From an uncultured Dehalococcoidia bacterium (GTDB taxonomy: Bacteria; Chloroflexota; Dehalococcoidia; Lucifugimonadales; UBA3495): a stretch of DNA of 64,000 nt. The notes under the pieces were generated by a model. That model was not told the DNA's origin, searched no databases, and worked only from the letters and a program-made list of their open reading frames with translations. The stretch covers positions 10,297 through 74,296 of the forward strand of contig CAYXDE010000009.1 of assembly GCA_964463525.1 (NCBI GenBank), read 5' to 3'. The position numbers and the translations under genes were made by a program. Below are positions 36,487 to 46,172 of this stretch, piece after piece. The first letter of the stretch is position 1, and every line of letters begins with the position of its first letter.

Positions 36487-38526
36487 ATGGTAACTGAACT
36501 CGCCATCTGGCTGATCTTCCTGCTGCCCCTGGGTTCCTTTGCGTTCGCCGCAGTGGTGGTACGGCCATTCTTCAACCGTTTCTCCCTTGTTAGCGGACTG
36601 ATTACCATCGCTGCCCTGGGCACGGCCTTGGGATTGTCCATCTGGACCCTGCGTTCGGTGATCCTGGGTCATGAGTTGGAATTCGAGCCTATCGAATGGC
36701 TGGAAGTAGGCGGGGCATCCATCGACTTCGGCCTGCTGATCGACCCGCTCACCGCATTGATGCTGGTGGTGGTCACCGGTGTCAGTCTGCTGGTGCAGAT
36801 CTATTCACTGGGTTACATGAAGGGCGACGCCAGCTTCTCCCGTTACTACGCCTACATGTCTCTGTTCACAGCCGCCATGCTGGGGTTGGTGCTTTCGTCC
36901 AACATCATCCAGCTTTACATGTTCTGGGAATTGGTGGGTGTTTCGTCATATCTTTTGATCGGCTTCTGGCATGAGCGTCCCGCGGCAGCGGCCGCCGCCA
37001 AGAAAGCTTTCATCATCACCCGCATCGGCGACGTTGGGTTCTTGATCGCCATCTTGTACCTGGTTACCCAGGCCGATGTTTTTGCCGCCGCCGATCTGAA
37101 CGCGTTCCACATCCCGGATATCTGGGCGGCGGCCCAACCGGAAGTCCTCGCCACCGGAGCCATACTGAGCGGAGGGGTGCTCACCTGGCTGGCCCTGGGG
37201 ATATTCGCTGGGGCGGCCGGAAAATCGGGCCAATTCCCGCTGCACACCTGGCTTCCCGACGCCATGGAAGGTCCTACTCCGGTCAGCGCCCTGATCCACG
37301 CGGCCACCATGGTTGCCGCCGGCGTGTTCCTGGTTGCCCGGTTCTTCCCGGTCTTCCAGCATTCGGTGGATGCCATGACTGTCGTGGCGCTGGTGGGCGC
37401 ATTCACAGCCGTCTTCGCCGCGTCCATGGGCCTGGTGATGAACGACATCAAGCGGGTCATGGCCTATTCGACCGTGAGCCAGCTCGGTTACATGATGGCG
37501 GCTTTGGGGCTGGGCCTGTACGCCCCGGCCATCTTCCACCTGGTGACACACGCCGCCTTCAAGGCCCTGCTGTTCCTGGGAGCCGGCAGTGTTAACCACG
37601 CCACGGGCACTTTCGACATGCGCTATATGGGCGGCCTGCGTAAGGTCATGCCCTTCACTTACATATTGGTATTGGTTGCCGGACTGAGCTTGGTGGGTAT
37701 CATTCCTCTGGCCGGATTCTGGAGCAAGGACGAGATTCTCTTGGGCGCTTGGGAGGGCACAGGCCTGGTGGACACCTGGGTCAGCAGGGTGACCTTCGCC
37801 GCCCTGATAGCGGGCGTCATAGTGACTGCTTTCTACACCATCCGGATGATCATCCTGACCTTCCACGGCGACTTCCGCGGCGGCATCGACCGTGAGTTGG
37901 AAGAAAGATCACAAGCCGCGCCGGCCGGCGCATCCCACCACGGCGGGGTGCACCTGGCGGAGTCGCCCTGGGTGATGCTGCTGCCCATGCTGGTGTTGGG
38001 AGTGACTGCCGTTTTCGTGGGCTATCTGGCCAATCCCCAATGGACCGAAGAGATAGGCATACCTAAGCACTGGATAACCGGGTTCCTAGGCGACGGGCTG
38101 CAAGCCGCCTTGGGGATACACGAACACGCGGAAACCCTGGATTTCAGCCGCTGGATGGCGGCCATATCCACCGGGGCGGCGCTGTCAGGAATCGCCTTGG
38201 CTGTATTGATATATCTTCGCAGACGTGACCAGGGGAAAGACCCGCTGGAGAACGCCGGCCCGGTGCACACACTGCTGTCCGAGAAGTACTACATGGACAA
38301 GCTGTACGAAGACGTGGTGGTGCGCAAGGGATTCTTTAAGATAACCGCCGGTCTGAGTGACTGGCTCGACCGCAATCTGGTGGACGGCATAGTGGACCTC
38401 ATCGGATGGTTCTTCCGCAACATCGGCAGCGCCATCGGAAAGTTCCAAACTGGGCAGGTGCAGGCCTACGCCACCGGCATAGCCTTCGGTGTGCTGGCAA
38501 TCATCTTGGCCCTGTCGTTGGCATAG
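36487..38526 (+). CDS. nuoL: NADH-quinone oxidoreductase subunit L
   Basis: 679 aa antiporter-like subunit. GKSGQFPLHTWLPDAMEGPTPVSALIHAATMV, with a C-terminal lateral helix region. Confidence 0.95.
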   Translation: MVTELAIWLIFLLPLGSFAFAAVVVRPFFNRFSLVSGLITIAALGTALGLSIWTLRSVILGHELEFEPIEWLEVGGASIDFGLLIDPLTALMLVVVTGVSLLVQIYSLGYMKGDASFSRYYAYMSLFTAAMLGLVLSSNIIQLYMFWELVGVSSYLLIGFWHERPAAAAAAKKAFIITRIGDVGFLIAILYLVTQADVFAAADLNAFHIPDIWAAAQPEVLATGAILSGGVLTWLALGIFAGAAGKSGQFPLHTWLPDAMEGPTPVSALIHAATMVAAGVFLVARFFPVFQHSVDAMTVVALVGAFTAVFAASMGLVMNDIKRVMAYSTVSQLGYMMAALGLGLYAPAIFHLVTHAAFKALLFLGAGSVNHATGTFDMRYMGGLRKVMPFTYILVLVAGLSLVGIIPLAGFWSKDEILLGAWEGTGLVDTWVSRVTFAALIAGVIVTAFYTIRMIILTFHGDFRGGIDRELEERSQAAPAGASHHGGVHLAESPWVMLLPMLVLGVTAVFVGYLANPQWTEEIGIPKHWITGFLGDGLQAALGIHEHAETLDFSRWMAAISTGAALSGIALAVLIYLRRRDQGKDPLENAGPVHTLLSEKYYMDKLYEDVVVRKGFFKITAGLSDWLDRNLVDGIVDLIGWFFRNIGSAIGKFQTGQVQAYATGIAFGVLAIILALSLA

Positions 38527-38533
38527 AGAGTAA

Positions 38534-40066
38534 ATGATAGACGGTTTTAACGGACTATTGACGGCTACGGTGTTCCTGCCTGCGGTGGGAGCGCTGGTCT
38601 TGCTGTTGCTGGTCAAAGGCGACAAGAACGTGCGGAATTTCGCCGTTCTGATCGCCCTGGCCGATATGGTGCTATCCCTCATCGTCTTCGGATTCTTCGA
38701 CCGGGGAGACGGGGCGGAAAGATTCCAGTTCGTTGACCAGATCACCTGGATCCCCGATGTTGGGCTGAACGCCGAATTCCTGCTGACCGTGGATGGGTTG
38801 AGCGCACCCCTGGTTGCGCTGACCGGACTACTGGGCATGTGCGCCGTTTTGGCCTCCTGGCACGTTGGCCTGCGGGTCAAAGAGTATTTCATCTGGTTGT
38901 TGGTGCTCCAGACAGCGGTGATGGGGGTCTTCACCTCCATGGACCTGCTGCTCTTCTTCCTGTTCTGGGAACTGGAGCTGGTGCCCATGTTCATGCTGAT
39001 CTCGGTGTGGGGTAGTGGCCGGAAAGAATATTCGGCCATGAAGTTCCTGATCTTCACCATCCTGGGCAGCGCCTTCATGTTGGTGGGCATCGTGGCGGTC
39101 TACCTCACTCCGGACGTAGGCACCTTCAACATGGTTGAGCTGTCCAACAAGGCAACCATGTTAACCTCCGCCGGACTGCTGATCCCGATGTCGGGGCTGT
39201 TCTGGCTCTTCTTCGCCGGGTTCGCCATCAAATTGCCGACCTGGCCCGTGCATACCTGGCTGCCCGACGCCCATACCGATGCGCCCACCGCCGCCAGCGT
39301 CATGCTGGCCGGGGTGCTGCTAAAGATGGGCGGCTACGGCCTGCTCCGCATAAACGTGGGTATGTTCCCGTCCCAGACCGACCGGTTCGCCTGGGCCTTG
39401 GTGGTCTTGGGAGTCGTCAGCGTGCTCTACGGCGCGGTGGTCACCATGCGTCAGACCGACCTGAAACGGCTCATCGCCTACTCAAGCGTCAGCCACATGG
39501 GCCTGGTGCTGGTGGGTATCGGTTCGGTTGGGATATCCCAAGGAACGCTAACCGTCACCGGGCTGAACGGCGCGGCCATGCAGTTGTTCACCCACGGCAC
39601 TGTCACCGGCTTGCTGTTCCTGGCTGTGGGGCTGGTCTACGAGAAGACCCACACCCGCTACATACCAGACTTGGGTGGTCTGGCCGGCCGCATGCCCGTG
39701 GTGGCCGTGGCCATGCTTATAGCCGGACTGGCTTCTTTGGGCCTGCCGGGCCTGAGCGGGTTCGTATCCGAGCTGTTGGTCTTCTTGGGCGCCTACCAGG
39801 CCTACGACTGGCCCACGATGCTGGCAGTGCTGGGCATCGTCTTAGCCGCCGGTTACATCCTCTGGATGATGGAGCGCACGTTCTTCGGGGTGAGACGGGA
39901 GACCTTCGACGACCTGACCGACGCCTCATTGGTGGAAGCCGCGCCTCTGGCGCTGATGGTGGTGACCATCATTGGCGTTGGCGTCTGGCCGACCCTGTTG
40001 ACCGACGTGTTTGAATCTGGACTCAACCCGATGGTGGACGCCCTTAACGGGGTGATCAACCCGTAA
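38534..40066 (+). CDS. nuoM: NADH-quinone oxidoreductase subunit M
   Basis: 510 aa. FAIKLPTWPVHTWLPDAHTDAPTAASVMLAGVLLKMG. Confidence 0.95.
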   Translation: MIDGFNGLLTATVFLPAVGALVLLLLVKGDKNVRNFAVLIALADMVLSLIVFGFFDRGDGAERFQFVDQITWIPDVGLNAEFLLTVDGLSAPLVALTGLLGMCAVLASWHVGLRVKEYFIWLLVLQTAVMGVFTSMDLLLFFLFWELELVPMFMLISVWGSGRKEYSAMKFLIFTILGSAFMLVGIVAVYLTPDVGTFNMVELSNKATMLTSAGLLIPMSGLFWLFFAGFAIKLPTWPVHTWLPDAHTDAPTAASVMLAGVLLKMGGYGLLRINVGMFPSQTDRFAWALVVLGVVSVLYGAVVTMRQTDLKRLIAYSSVSHMGLVLVGIGSVGISQGTLTVTGLNGAAMQLFTHGTVTGLLFLAVGLVYEKTHTRYIPDLGGLAGRMPVVAVAMLIAGLASLGLPGLSGFVSELLVFLGAYQAYDWPTMLAVLGIVLAAGYILWMMERTFFGVRRETFDDLTDASLVEAAPLALMVVTIIGVGVWPTLLTDVFESGLNPMVDALNGVINP

Positions 40067-41595
40067 TGTCAGTTCACGATTTTTACGTTATTTCCCCCTA
40101 CCTAGCCATGGCCGGAGCAGCGGTCCTGATCATCCTTTTGGACCTGGTCCTGCCGAAGAAGACGTTGCTGCCCTACCTGGCGTTCGCAGCCTTGGCCGCC
40201 CCCTTCGTCATGAGCCTGATCCAGTTCTATGACCTGGGCGGGGCAACGAACCTGCTTAAAGGCGCCGGAGAGTTCACCACCGAAGAGCCGAGCATCCTGC
40301 TTAGCGCTCTGTCGGTCGACCGCTTCGCGCTGTTCTTCAACTTCCTGATCATCGGGTGCGTCGCGTTGGTGGTGTTGGCATCCACCGAATATGTGCGGTC
40401 TGTGGAGCGGTTCCAGGGTGAGTATTTCGGGCTGATTTTGTTCGCTGCCACCGGGATGATGCTGTTGGCCGCGGCCACCGAATTGATCACCATCTACGTT
40501 TCTCTGGAGCTGACAACCCTGCCGCTGGCGGCCCTGACGGCCTTCCTGCTGAACAAGAACTCCAGCGAAGCGGGCATGAAATTCCTGATCATCGGAGCCA
40601 TCAGCTCGGCCCTGATGCTCTATGGAATGGCCCTGGTGTTCGGCTTTACTGGGAGCACCCAACTGGCTGAGATCTCCACCGCCGTCGGACAGGCCACCGG
40701 AGACATACCCTTCGGCAACTACGCCCTGTTCGTGGGCATCATCCTGATGACCGCTGGATTCGGGTTCAAGCTATCAGCGGCCCCCTTCCAGATGTGGGTG
40801 CCGGACGTTTATGAAGGCGGGCCCACCCCGGTGGTCGGGTTCCTGTCGGTGGCCAGCAAGGCCGCCGCTTTCGCCGTGGTTTTGCGGGTGTTCTTCACCG
40901 GCTTCTTCGATGTAGCCCTCGACTGGGGCATTCTCATCGCCGGACTTGCCGCGGCATCCATGGTCATCGGAAACCTGGTGGCCGTGGTCCAGAGCAATAT
41001 CCGGCGTCTGTTCGGTTACAGCACCATCGCTCATGCAGGATACATACTGGTGGGCGTGGCGGCCGGAGTGAAGTCCGGAGACGGGATATTCAAAGCGCCC
41101 GAGTTCGCGGCCATCGGCCCTGACTCAGTCTTGTTCTACCTTGCGGCGTACGCGGCGGCCAACCTGACCGCGTTCTTCGCCATCACCATGATCAGCGCGA
41201 AGATCAACAGCGACCAGATCAGCGATTACGCTGGTCTGTCTTCCAGAAATCCGGTGTTGGCAATCGTCCTGGCCCTATCGTTATTGGCGCTGGTCGGCGT
41301 GCCGCCCACCGGGATATTCATCGCCAAGTTGTACATCTTCACGGCGGCGGTGGACAGCGGACTGGTCTGGCTGGCCATCCTGGGCGTGATAAATAGCGCA
41401 GTATCGGCCTACTACTATATCCGCATCATCCGGGTCATGTTCACCCAGCCGGCCACATCCGAAGCGAAGATCACAGCATCGCCGGCGCCTTGGTTGGCGT
41501 TGGGGATCGCTGGAGCGGCCATGGTGTTCATGGGGATCGCGCCTGGATTCGTCATGGAGGCCGCCCAAGAGGCCGTGAAGGCGCTGGCCGTTTAG
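40066..41595 (+). CDS. nuoN: NADH-quinone oxidoreductase subunit N
   Basis: 509 aa. GFKLSAAPFQMWVPDVYEGGPTPVVGFL. The start overlaps the nuoM stop. Confidence 0.95.
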   Translation: MSVHDFYVISPYLAMAGAAVLIILLDLVLPKKTLLPYLAFAALAAPFVMSLIQFYDLGGATNLLKGAGEFTTEEPSILLSALSVDRFALFFNFLIIGCVALVVLASTEYVRSVERFQGEYFGLILFAATGMMLLAAATELITIYVSLELTTLPLAALTAFLLNKNSSEAGMKFLIIGAISSALMLYGMALVFGFTGSTQLAEISTAVGQATGDIPFGNYALFVGIILMTAGFGFKLSAAPFQMWVPDVYEGGPTPVVGFLSVASKAAAFAVVLRVFFTGFFDVALDWGILIAGLAAASMVIGNLVAVVQSNIRRLFGYSTIAHAGYILVGVAAGVKSGDGIFKAPEFAAIGPDSVLFYLAAYAAANLTAFFAITMISAKINSDQISDYAGLSSRNPVLAIVLALSLLALVGVPPTGIFIAKLYIFTAAVDSGLVWLAILGVINSAVSAYYYIRIIRVMFTQPATSEAKITASPAPWLALGIAGAAMVFMGIAPGFVMEAAQEAVKALAV

Positions 41596-41710
41596 AGCGG
41601 GGATACCCTAGTCAGGGCCGGAAGCAGGCTCATCAAAAAAGGTTCATAATTAAGAACTCAAAATTAAGAGACGGCCCATAAAACGCCCGGTAAGACAAGA
41701 TGAAGAACAG

Positions 41711-42553
41711 ATGAAAAACATCGGAATCATCTACAACGCCAGAGTGCCCGAGGCTTTGGACCTGAGCACGGCCATCCTCCACGATCTGAACCTGTCTCAG
41801 GATAGCTGGCTTTCGCCGGCCGAGAACCTGGAGACCCTCTTGCCCAGGGCTGAGAACACCGACTTGGTGGTCACGGTCGGCGGTGACGGCACCATCCTCC
41901 GGGCGGTCAACTTCACCGGTCCGGCCGGCATCCCCATCGTAGGCATCAACATGGGCCGTCTGGGGTTCATGACCGAACTGCAGGTGGACGAGGCCATGGA
42001 GCGCCTGCCTTCCTATTTCGATGGCGGCTCCCGCATCGACGAACGAAACATGCTGCAGGCCACGGTGACCAGGGCCAGCTCGGCCGCGACAGATGGCCCG
42101 TACCATGCCTTGAACGACGTGGTATTGACCAGAGGGGCGGCGTCCCGGGTGGTGACGGTTGCCGGGACCATCGACGGCGCTCCGGTGACCACTTTCCGGG
42201 CCGACGGCGTCATCATGTCCACAGCCACCGGCAGCACCGGCTATAACCTGGCCGTCGGCGGCCCGATCCTGGACCCAGAGTCCGATTCCTTGGTGCTGAA
42301 GACCGTGGCGGCCCACATGGGTCTCAGTGCCGCTTTGGTGCTCAAACCGTCCGCCGAGGTCTCTTTGACTTTGGAAGGCTACCAGACGGCGATCCTGGCG
42401 GTAGACGGCATCGTCGACCATCCTCTTGGTCTGGGTGACCGCGTGGACCTGAAACAAAGCCCCCACAAAGCCAGATTCCTCCGGGCCCATCCGCCCAACT
42501 ATTTCTTTGGCACGCTGACCCGCCGGTTGGGCTTCAGCATCAGAGGTCAGTAA
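41711..42553 (+). CDS. nadK: NAD(+) kinase
   Basis: 280 aa. VTVGGDGTILRA (GGDG motif), GINMGRLGFM and STATGSTGYNLAVGGPI. Confidence 0.92.
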   Translation: MKNIGIIYNARVPEALDLSTAILHDLNLSQDSWLSPAENLETLLPRAENTDLVVTVGGDGTILRAVNFTGPAGIPIVGINMGRLGFMTELQVDEAMERLPSYFDGGSRIDERNMLQATVTRASSAATDGPYHALNDVVLTRGAASRVVTVAGTIDGAPVTTFRADGVIMSTATGSTGYNLAVGGPILDPESDSLVLKTVAAHMGLSAALVLKPSAEVSLTLEGYQTAILAVDGIVDHPLGLGDRVDLKQSPHKARFLRAHPPNYFFGTLTRRLGFSIRGQ

Positions 42554-42555
42554 AC

Positions 42556-43119
42556 ATGCCCGATAATCCTAGCGAACTTCCGGAAGATTTCCATTCCGAG
42601 CCAACCATCGGCACCAAGCGCATCTACGAAGGCAACATCATCAATGTGCGCGTGGATACCGTCCGCATGCCCAGCGGCCGTGACGCCACCAGGGAGATCG
42701 TTGAGCACTCCCACGCCGTGTGCATCGTGCCCATCGACGACGACGGCAAAGTGGTCTTGGTGCGGCAGTACCGTAAACCCGCGGAAGACGCTCTGCTTGA
42801 GGTGCCGGCCGGCGGTGTTGAGGACGGCGAGGTCTCGGAGGAAGCCGTGCTGCGCGAACTGCAGGAAGAGATCGGCTACACCGCCGACAACCTGGAACAC
42901 CTGTCCAGTTTCTGGGTTGCGCCGGGTTGGGCCACCGAATATATGCACGCTTATCTGGCCACTGGACTCAGGGAGTCGAGACTCGATGGCGATGAAGACG
43001 AGAACATCGAAGTGGTCCGGTTGCCCTTCGATGAAGCCGTCGCCATGTTCAAGACAGGTGAGATAAACGACGGGAAGACCATAGCAGCGCTGCTATTGGC
43101 CCAGCCGTTGATCAAGTAG
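42556..43119 (+). CDS. NUDIX hydrolase (ADP-ribose pyrophosphatase-like)
   Basis: 187 aa. Nudix box PAGGVEDGEVSEEAVLRELQEEIGY. Confidence 0.88.
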   Translation: MPDNPSELPEDFHSEPTIGTKRIYEGNIINVRVDTVRMPSGRDATREIVEHSHAVCIVPIDDDGKVVLVRQYRKPAEDALLEVPAGGVEDGEVSEEAVLRELQEEIGYTADNLEHLSSFWVAPGWATEYMHAYLATGLRESRLDGDEDENIEVVRLPFDEAVAMFKTGEINDGKTIAALLLAQPLIK

Positions 43120-43130
43120 GAGATGAGGAA

Positions 43131-43349
43131 TTGATGCTGGAACGGAGCCGTGATGACTATAAGGAAATCACGCTGGCCCTCAAAGACCTCACGGGTCTGC
43201 ACTGTTCGGTCTGTGGAGCGGTAGGACAGGTCCTAAACGAGATCCAGCTTCGCATGAGCGAGCAGATGATCAAAGACCAACTGTCGCCAATCTTCTATCT
43301 GTCGTGTTCCAACGAGGATGCTTGTGCCGAAAGGGCAGGGCAGAAGTAA
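43131..43349 (+). CDS. hypothetical small Cys-containing protein
   Basis: 72-aa ORF (TTG, or ATG at 43134) with GAGGAA just upstream. CSVC plus CSNEDAC. No family recognised. Confidence 0.35.
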   Translation: MMLERSRDDYKEITLALKDLTGLHCSVCGAVGQVLNEIQLRMSEQMIKDQLSPIFYLSCSNEDACAERAGQK

Positions 43350-43365
43350 TGCGTCTCTAGGAGCC

Positions 43366-43394
43366 TGGATAGCAGGAACCTTTTTTGGTACTAT
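43366..43394 (+). promoter_or_regulatory. candidate promoter of the sdh operon
   Basis: TGGATA-17 nt-TACTAT with TG at the extended -10 position, about 80 nt upstream of sdhA. Confidence 0.35.
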
Positions 43395-43473
43395 ATACCG
43401 CGGTCTCCGGCCAGTGGATATACAACGGAGGCAGCCCCTCGGCTAAAGGCGAATTTGGAGGAAATAGACAAGC

Positions 43474-45153
43474 ATGCTTGAGCATGATGTCCTGGTAATC
43501 GGCGCAGGTCTGGCAGGGATGCGGGCAGCTATCGCGGCCCGGGCCGGCGGCGCCAACACGGCAATCATCAGTAAAGTACATCCCGTGCGCAGCCACTCCA
43601 ACGCGGCCCAGGGAGGCATTAACGCCGCCCTGACCGACCGCGGAGACGAGTGGGAAGACCATGCCTATGACACTGTGAAGGGCAGCGACTTCCTGGGCGA
43701 CCAGGACGCCATCGAGGTCATGTGCAAGGCGGCGGGTCAGGCGCTCATCGACATGGAGCACTTCGGCGTCACCTTCAACCGTGATGACGAGGGACGCCTG
43801 GGCACCCGGGCCTTCGGCGGCCAACGCCGCGCCAGAACATTCTTCGTCGGCGACTTCACCGGCCAGGCCCTGCTCCACGTGATGTTCGAGCAGCTCATCA
43901 AGTCTGGCGTCCGCCGCTACGAAGAGTGGTTCGTCAGTTCCTTGATCATTGAAGACGGCCAGGTGTGCGGGGTCATGGCCCTGGAGATCCGCACCGGCCA
44001 GGTCTACGCCATCCGGGCCAAGACAGTCATCTTCTGCACCGGCGGTTTCGGCCGGGTCTTCGAGCCCAGCACCAACGCGCTTATCTGCACCGGCGACGGC
44101 TCGGCACTGGCCTTCAACGCCGGAGCCGAGCTCATGGACATGGAGATGGTCCAGTACCACCCCACAACCTTGGCAGGGAGCGGGGTGCTGATCTCCGAGG
44201 CAGCCAGGGGCGAGGGCGCGTACCTTCTGGACAAAGACGGTAACCGCTTCATGGAGAAGTACGCTCCCAACATGATGGAGCTGGCCTCCCGTGACGTGGT
44301 CTCCCGCGCCGAACAGACCGAGATCAACGCCGGTAACGGCGTCGATGGCTGCGTCTACCTGGACTGCCGTCACCTGGGTGAAGGCCTGATCATGGAAAAG
44401 CTCAGCCAGATCCGCGAGATCGGCATCGACCTGGTGGGCGTGGACATGATCACGGACCCGATTCCAATCAGGCCCGGCATGCACTACGCCATGGGCGGCA
44501 TCCGGACCAACGTTGACGGCCAGACCAACCTGCCCGGCGTCTACGCCGCCGGCGAGTGCGCCTGCGTCAGCGTCCACGGCGGCAACCGCCTAGGCGCCAA
44601 CTCCCTGCTGGACACCATCGTCTTCGGCGAGCGCTCCGGGAACCACGCTGCCGAGGCATCCCGCAACGCCGACTACGTTGAATTCAACGTCGATCAGGCG
44701 GTCAAGAACGAAGAGAAGCGTATCCAGGACCTGCTGGACCGCCCCCAGAACGGCGACCGGATCGCCGCCGTCCGCTTGGGCATGGGCGATTCCATGAACC
44801 GAAACCTGGCGGTCTACCGGAACGAAGAGGGCATGCAAGAAACCCTGGGTGACCTGGTCGAGTTGCAGAAGCGCTACGAGACCGTCCCCGTGGACAACAA
44901 GGGCAAGATCTTCAACACCGACCTGGTGTTTGCCTTGGAGTTGGGCTTCATGCTCGACAACGCCACCCCCATCGCCATGAGTGCCCTGGACCGCAAGGAC
45001 AGCCGTGGGGCCCAGGCCCGAACGGACTATCCGGACCGGGACGACGAGAATTGGATGAAACACCTGGTGATCAAGAAGGGAGAGGTGGGCCCTGAACTGT
45101 CCTACGCTCCCGTTAGCATCACCCAGTGGACTCCTGAAGAGAGGAAATACTAG
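43474..45153 (+). CDS. sdhA: succinate dehydrogenase / fumarate reductase flavoprotein subunit
   Basis: 559 aa. DVLVIGAGLAGMRAA FAD fold, RSHSNAAQGGINA (covalent-FAD His), HPTT, ARGEGA and GNRLGANSLLD. Confidence 0.95.
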   Translation: MLEHDVLVIGAGLAGMRAAIAARAGGANTAIISKVHPVRSHSNAAQGGINAALTDRGDEWEDHAYDTVKGSDFLGDQDAIEVMCKAAGQALIDMEHFGVTFNRDDEGRLGTRAFGGQRRARTFFVGDFTGQALLHVMFEQLIKSGVRRYEEWFVSSLIIEDGQVCGVMALEIRTGQVYAIRAKTVIFCTGGFGRVFEPSTNALICTGDGSALAFNAGAELMDMEMVQYHPTTLAGSGVLISEAARGEGAYLLDKDGNRFMEKYAPNMMELASRDVVSRAEQTEINAGNGVDGCVYLDCRHLGEGLIMEKLSQIREIGIDLVGVDMITDPIPIRPGMHYAMGGIRTNVDGQTNLPGVYAAGECACVSVHGGNRLGANSLLDTIVFGERSGNHAAEASRNADYVEFNVDQAVKNEEKRIQDLLDRPQNGDRIAAVRLGMGDSMNRNLAVYRNEEGMQETLGDLVELQKRYETVPVDNKGKIFNTDLVFALELGFMLDNATPIAMSALDRKDSRGAQARTDYPDRDDENWMKHLVIKKGEVGPELSYAPVSITQWTPEERKY

Positions 45154-45156
45154 CCG

Positions 45157-46137
45157 ATGGACGTCAAGCTAAACGTACAAAGGTTCGACCCGGAAGCTGC
45201 TGATCCCAAGCCGTATTGGCAGGAATTCACGGTCACCATCGAAGACAATGGCACGGTACTGGACGCCCTGATCAAGGTCCGTGAGGACACCGACGGCGCG
45301 TTCAGCCTGCGCTGCTCCTGCCGCAGCTCCATCTGCGGCTCCTGCGCCGTCCGCATCAATGGTCACGCGGGACTGGCCTGCAAGACCCAGGCCGCTACCG
45401 TCGTCAAAGACGGCGTCATCACCGTTGAGCCCGCGGGCAACATGCCGGTGATGAAAGACCTGGTGGTCAACTTCGACACCTTCTGGGAGAAGATCGATGC
45501 CATCGAACCCTATCTGAAGCCGGAAGGCCCCGAGCCCGAGGCCGAATACATCGCTTCCAACGAGGCCATGCTGCACCTCTCCAACGTCACGGCCTGCATC
45601 ATGTGCGGTTCGTGCGTTTCCGACTGCACGGTCATGGAAGTGGACCCGACCTTCCTGGGCCCGGCCGCATTGGCCAAGGCCTACCGCTTCACCGCCGACC
45701 CCCGGGACGGCGACTCGGACGGCGTGTCCAAAGACCGGCTTGAAGAACTGAACAAGCCCTCCGGCATGTGGGACTGCACCCGCTGCATGGAGTGTGTACA
45801 GGCCTGCCCCAAGGGCGTGGCGCCCATGGACCGCATCATGGCCATGCGCGACCAGGCCATGGAAGCCGGTTTCCACAACACCAACGGCGCACGCCACACC
45901 GAGGCGTTCAGCGAGTCCGTTGAGCATAGCGGTTGGCTGGACGAGCTCCGGCTGGTGCCCAAGTCTGTCGGCATGACCAATGTGTCGGCGTTGATCGGCT
46001 ACACCCCCATCGCCATCCAAGCCCTGACCCACGGCAAGATGCCGCCGATCATCCATAAGAAACTCCCGCAATCCGAGAACGTTCGGAAGATATTTGACAA
46101 GGTGGACGGACCCGAAGAGCGCGGCCGCAAGCGGTAG
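45157..46137 (+). CDS. sdhB: succinate dehydrogenase / fumarate reductase iron-sulfur subunit with C-terminal extension
   Basis: CRSSICGSCAVRING ([2Fe-2S]), CIMCGSCVSDC and CTRCMECVQACP. 326 aa, about 70 residues longer than classical SdhB. Confidence 0.9.
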   Translation: MDVKLNVQRFDPEAADPKPYWQEFTVTIEDNGTVLDALIKVREDTDGAFSLRCSCRSSICGSCAVRINGHAGLACKTQAATVVKDGVITVEPAGNMPVMKDLVVNFDTFWEKIDAIEPYLKPEGPEPEAEYIASNEAMLHLSNVTACIMCGSCVSDCTVMEVDPTFLGPAALAKAYRFTADPRDGDSDGVSKDRLEELNKPSGMWDCTRCMECVQACPKGVAPMDRIMAMRDQAMEAGFHNTNGARHTEAFSESVEHSGWLDELRLVPKSVGMTNVSALIGYTPIAIQALTHGKMPPIIHKKLPQSENVRKIFDKVDGPEERGRKR

Positions 46138-46172
46138 CCTAGAAGGTCCAGCCAAAACCCATCCGGTAATCA

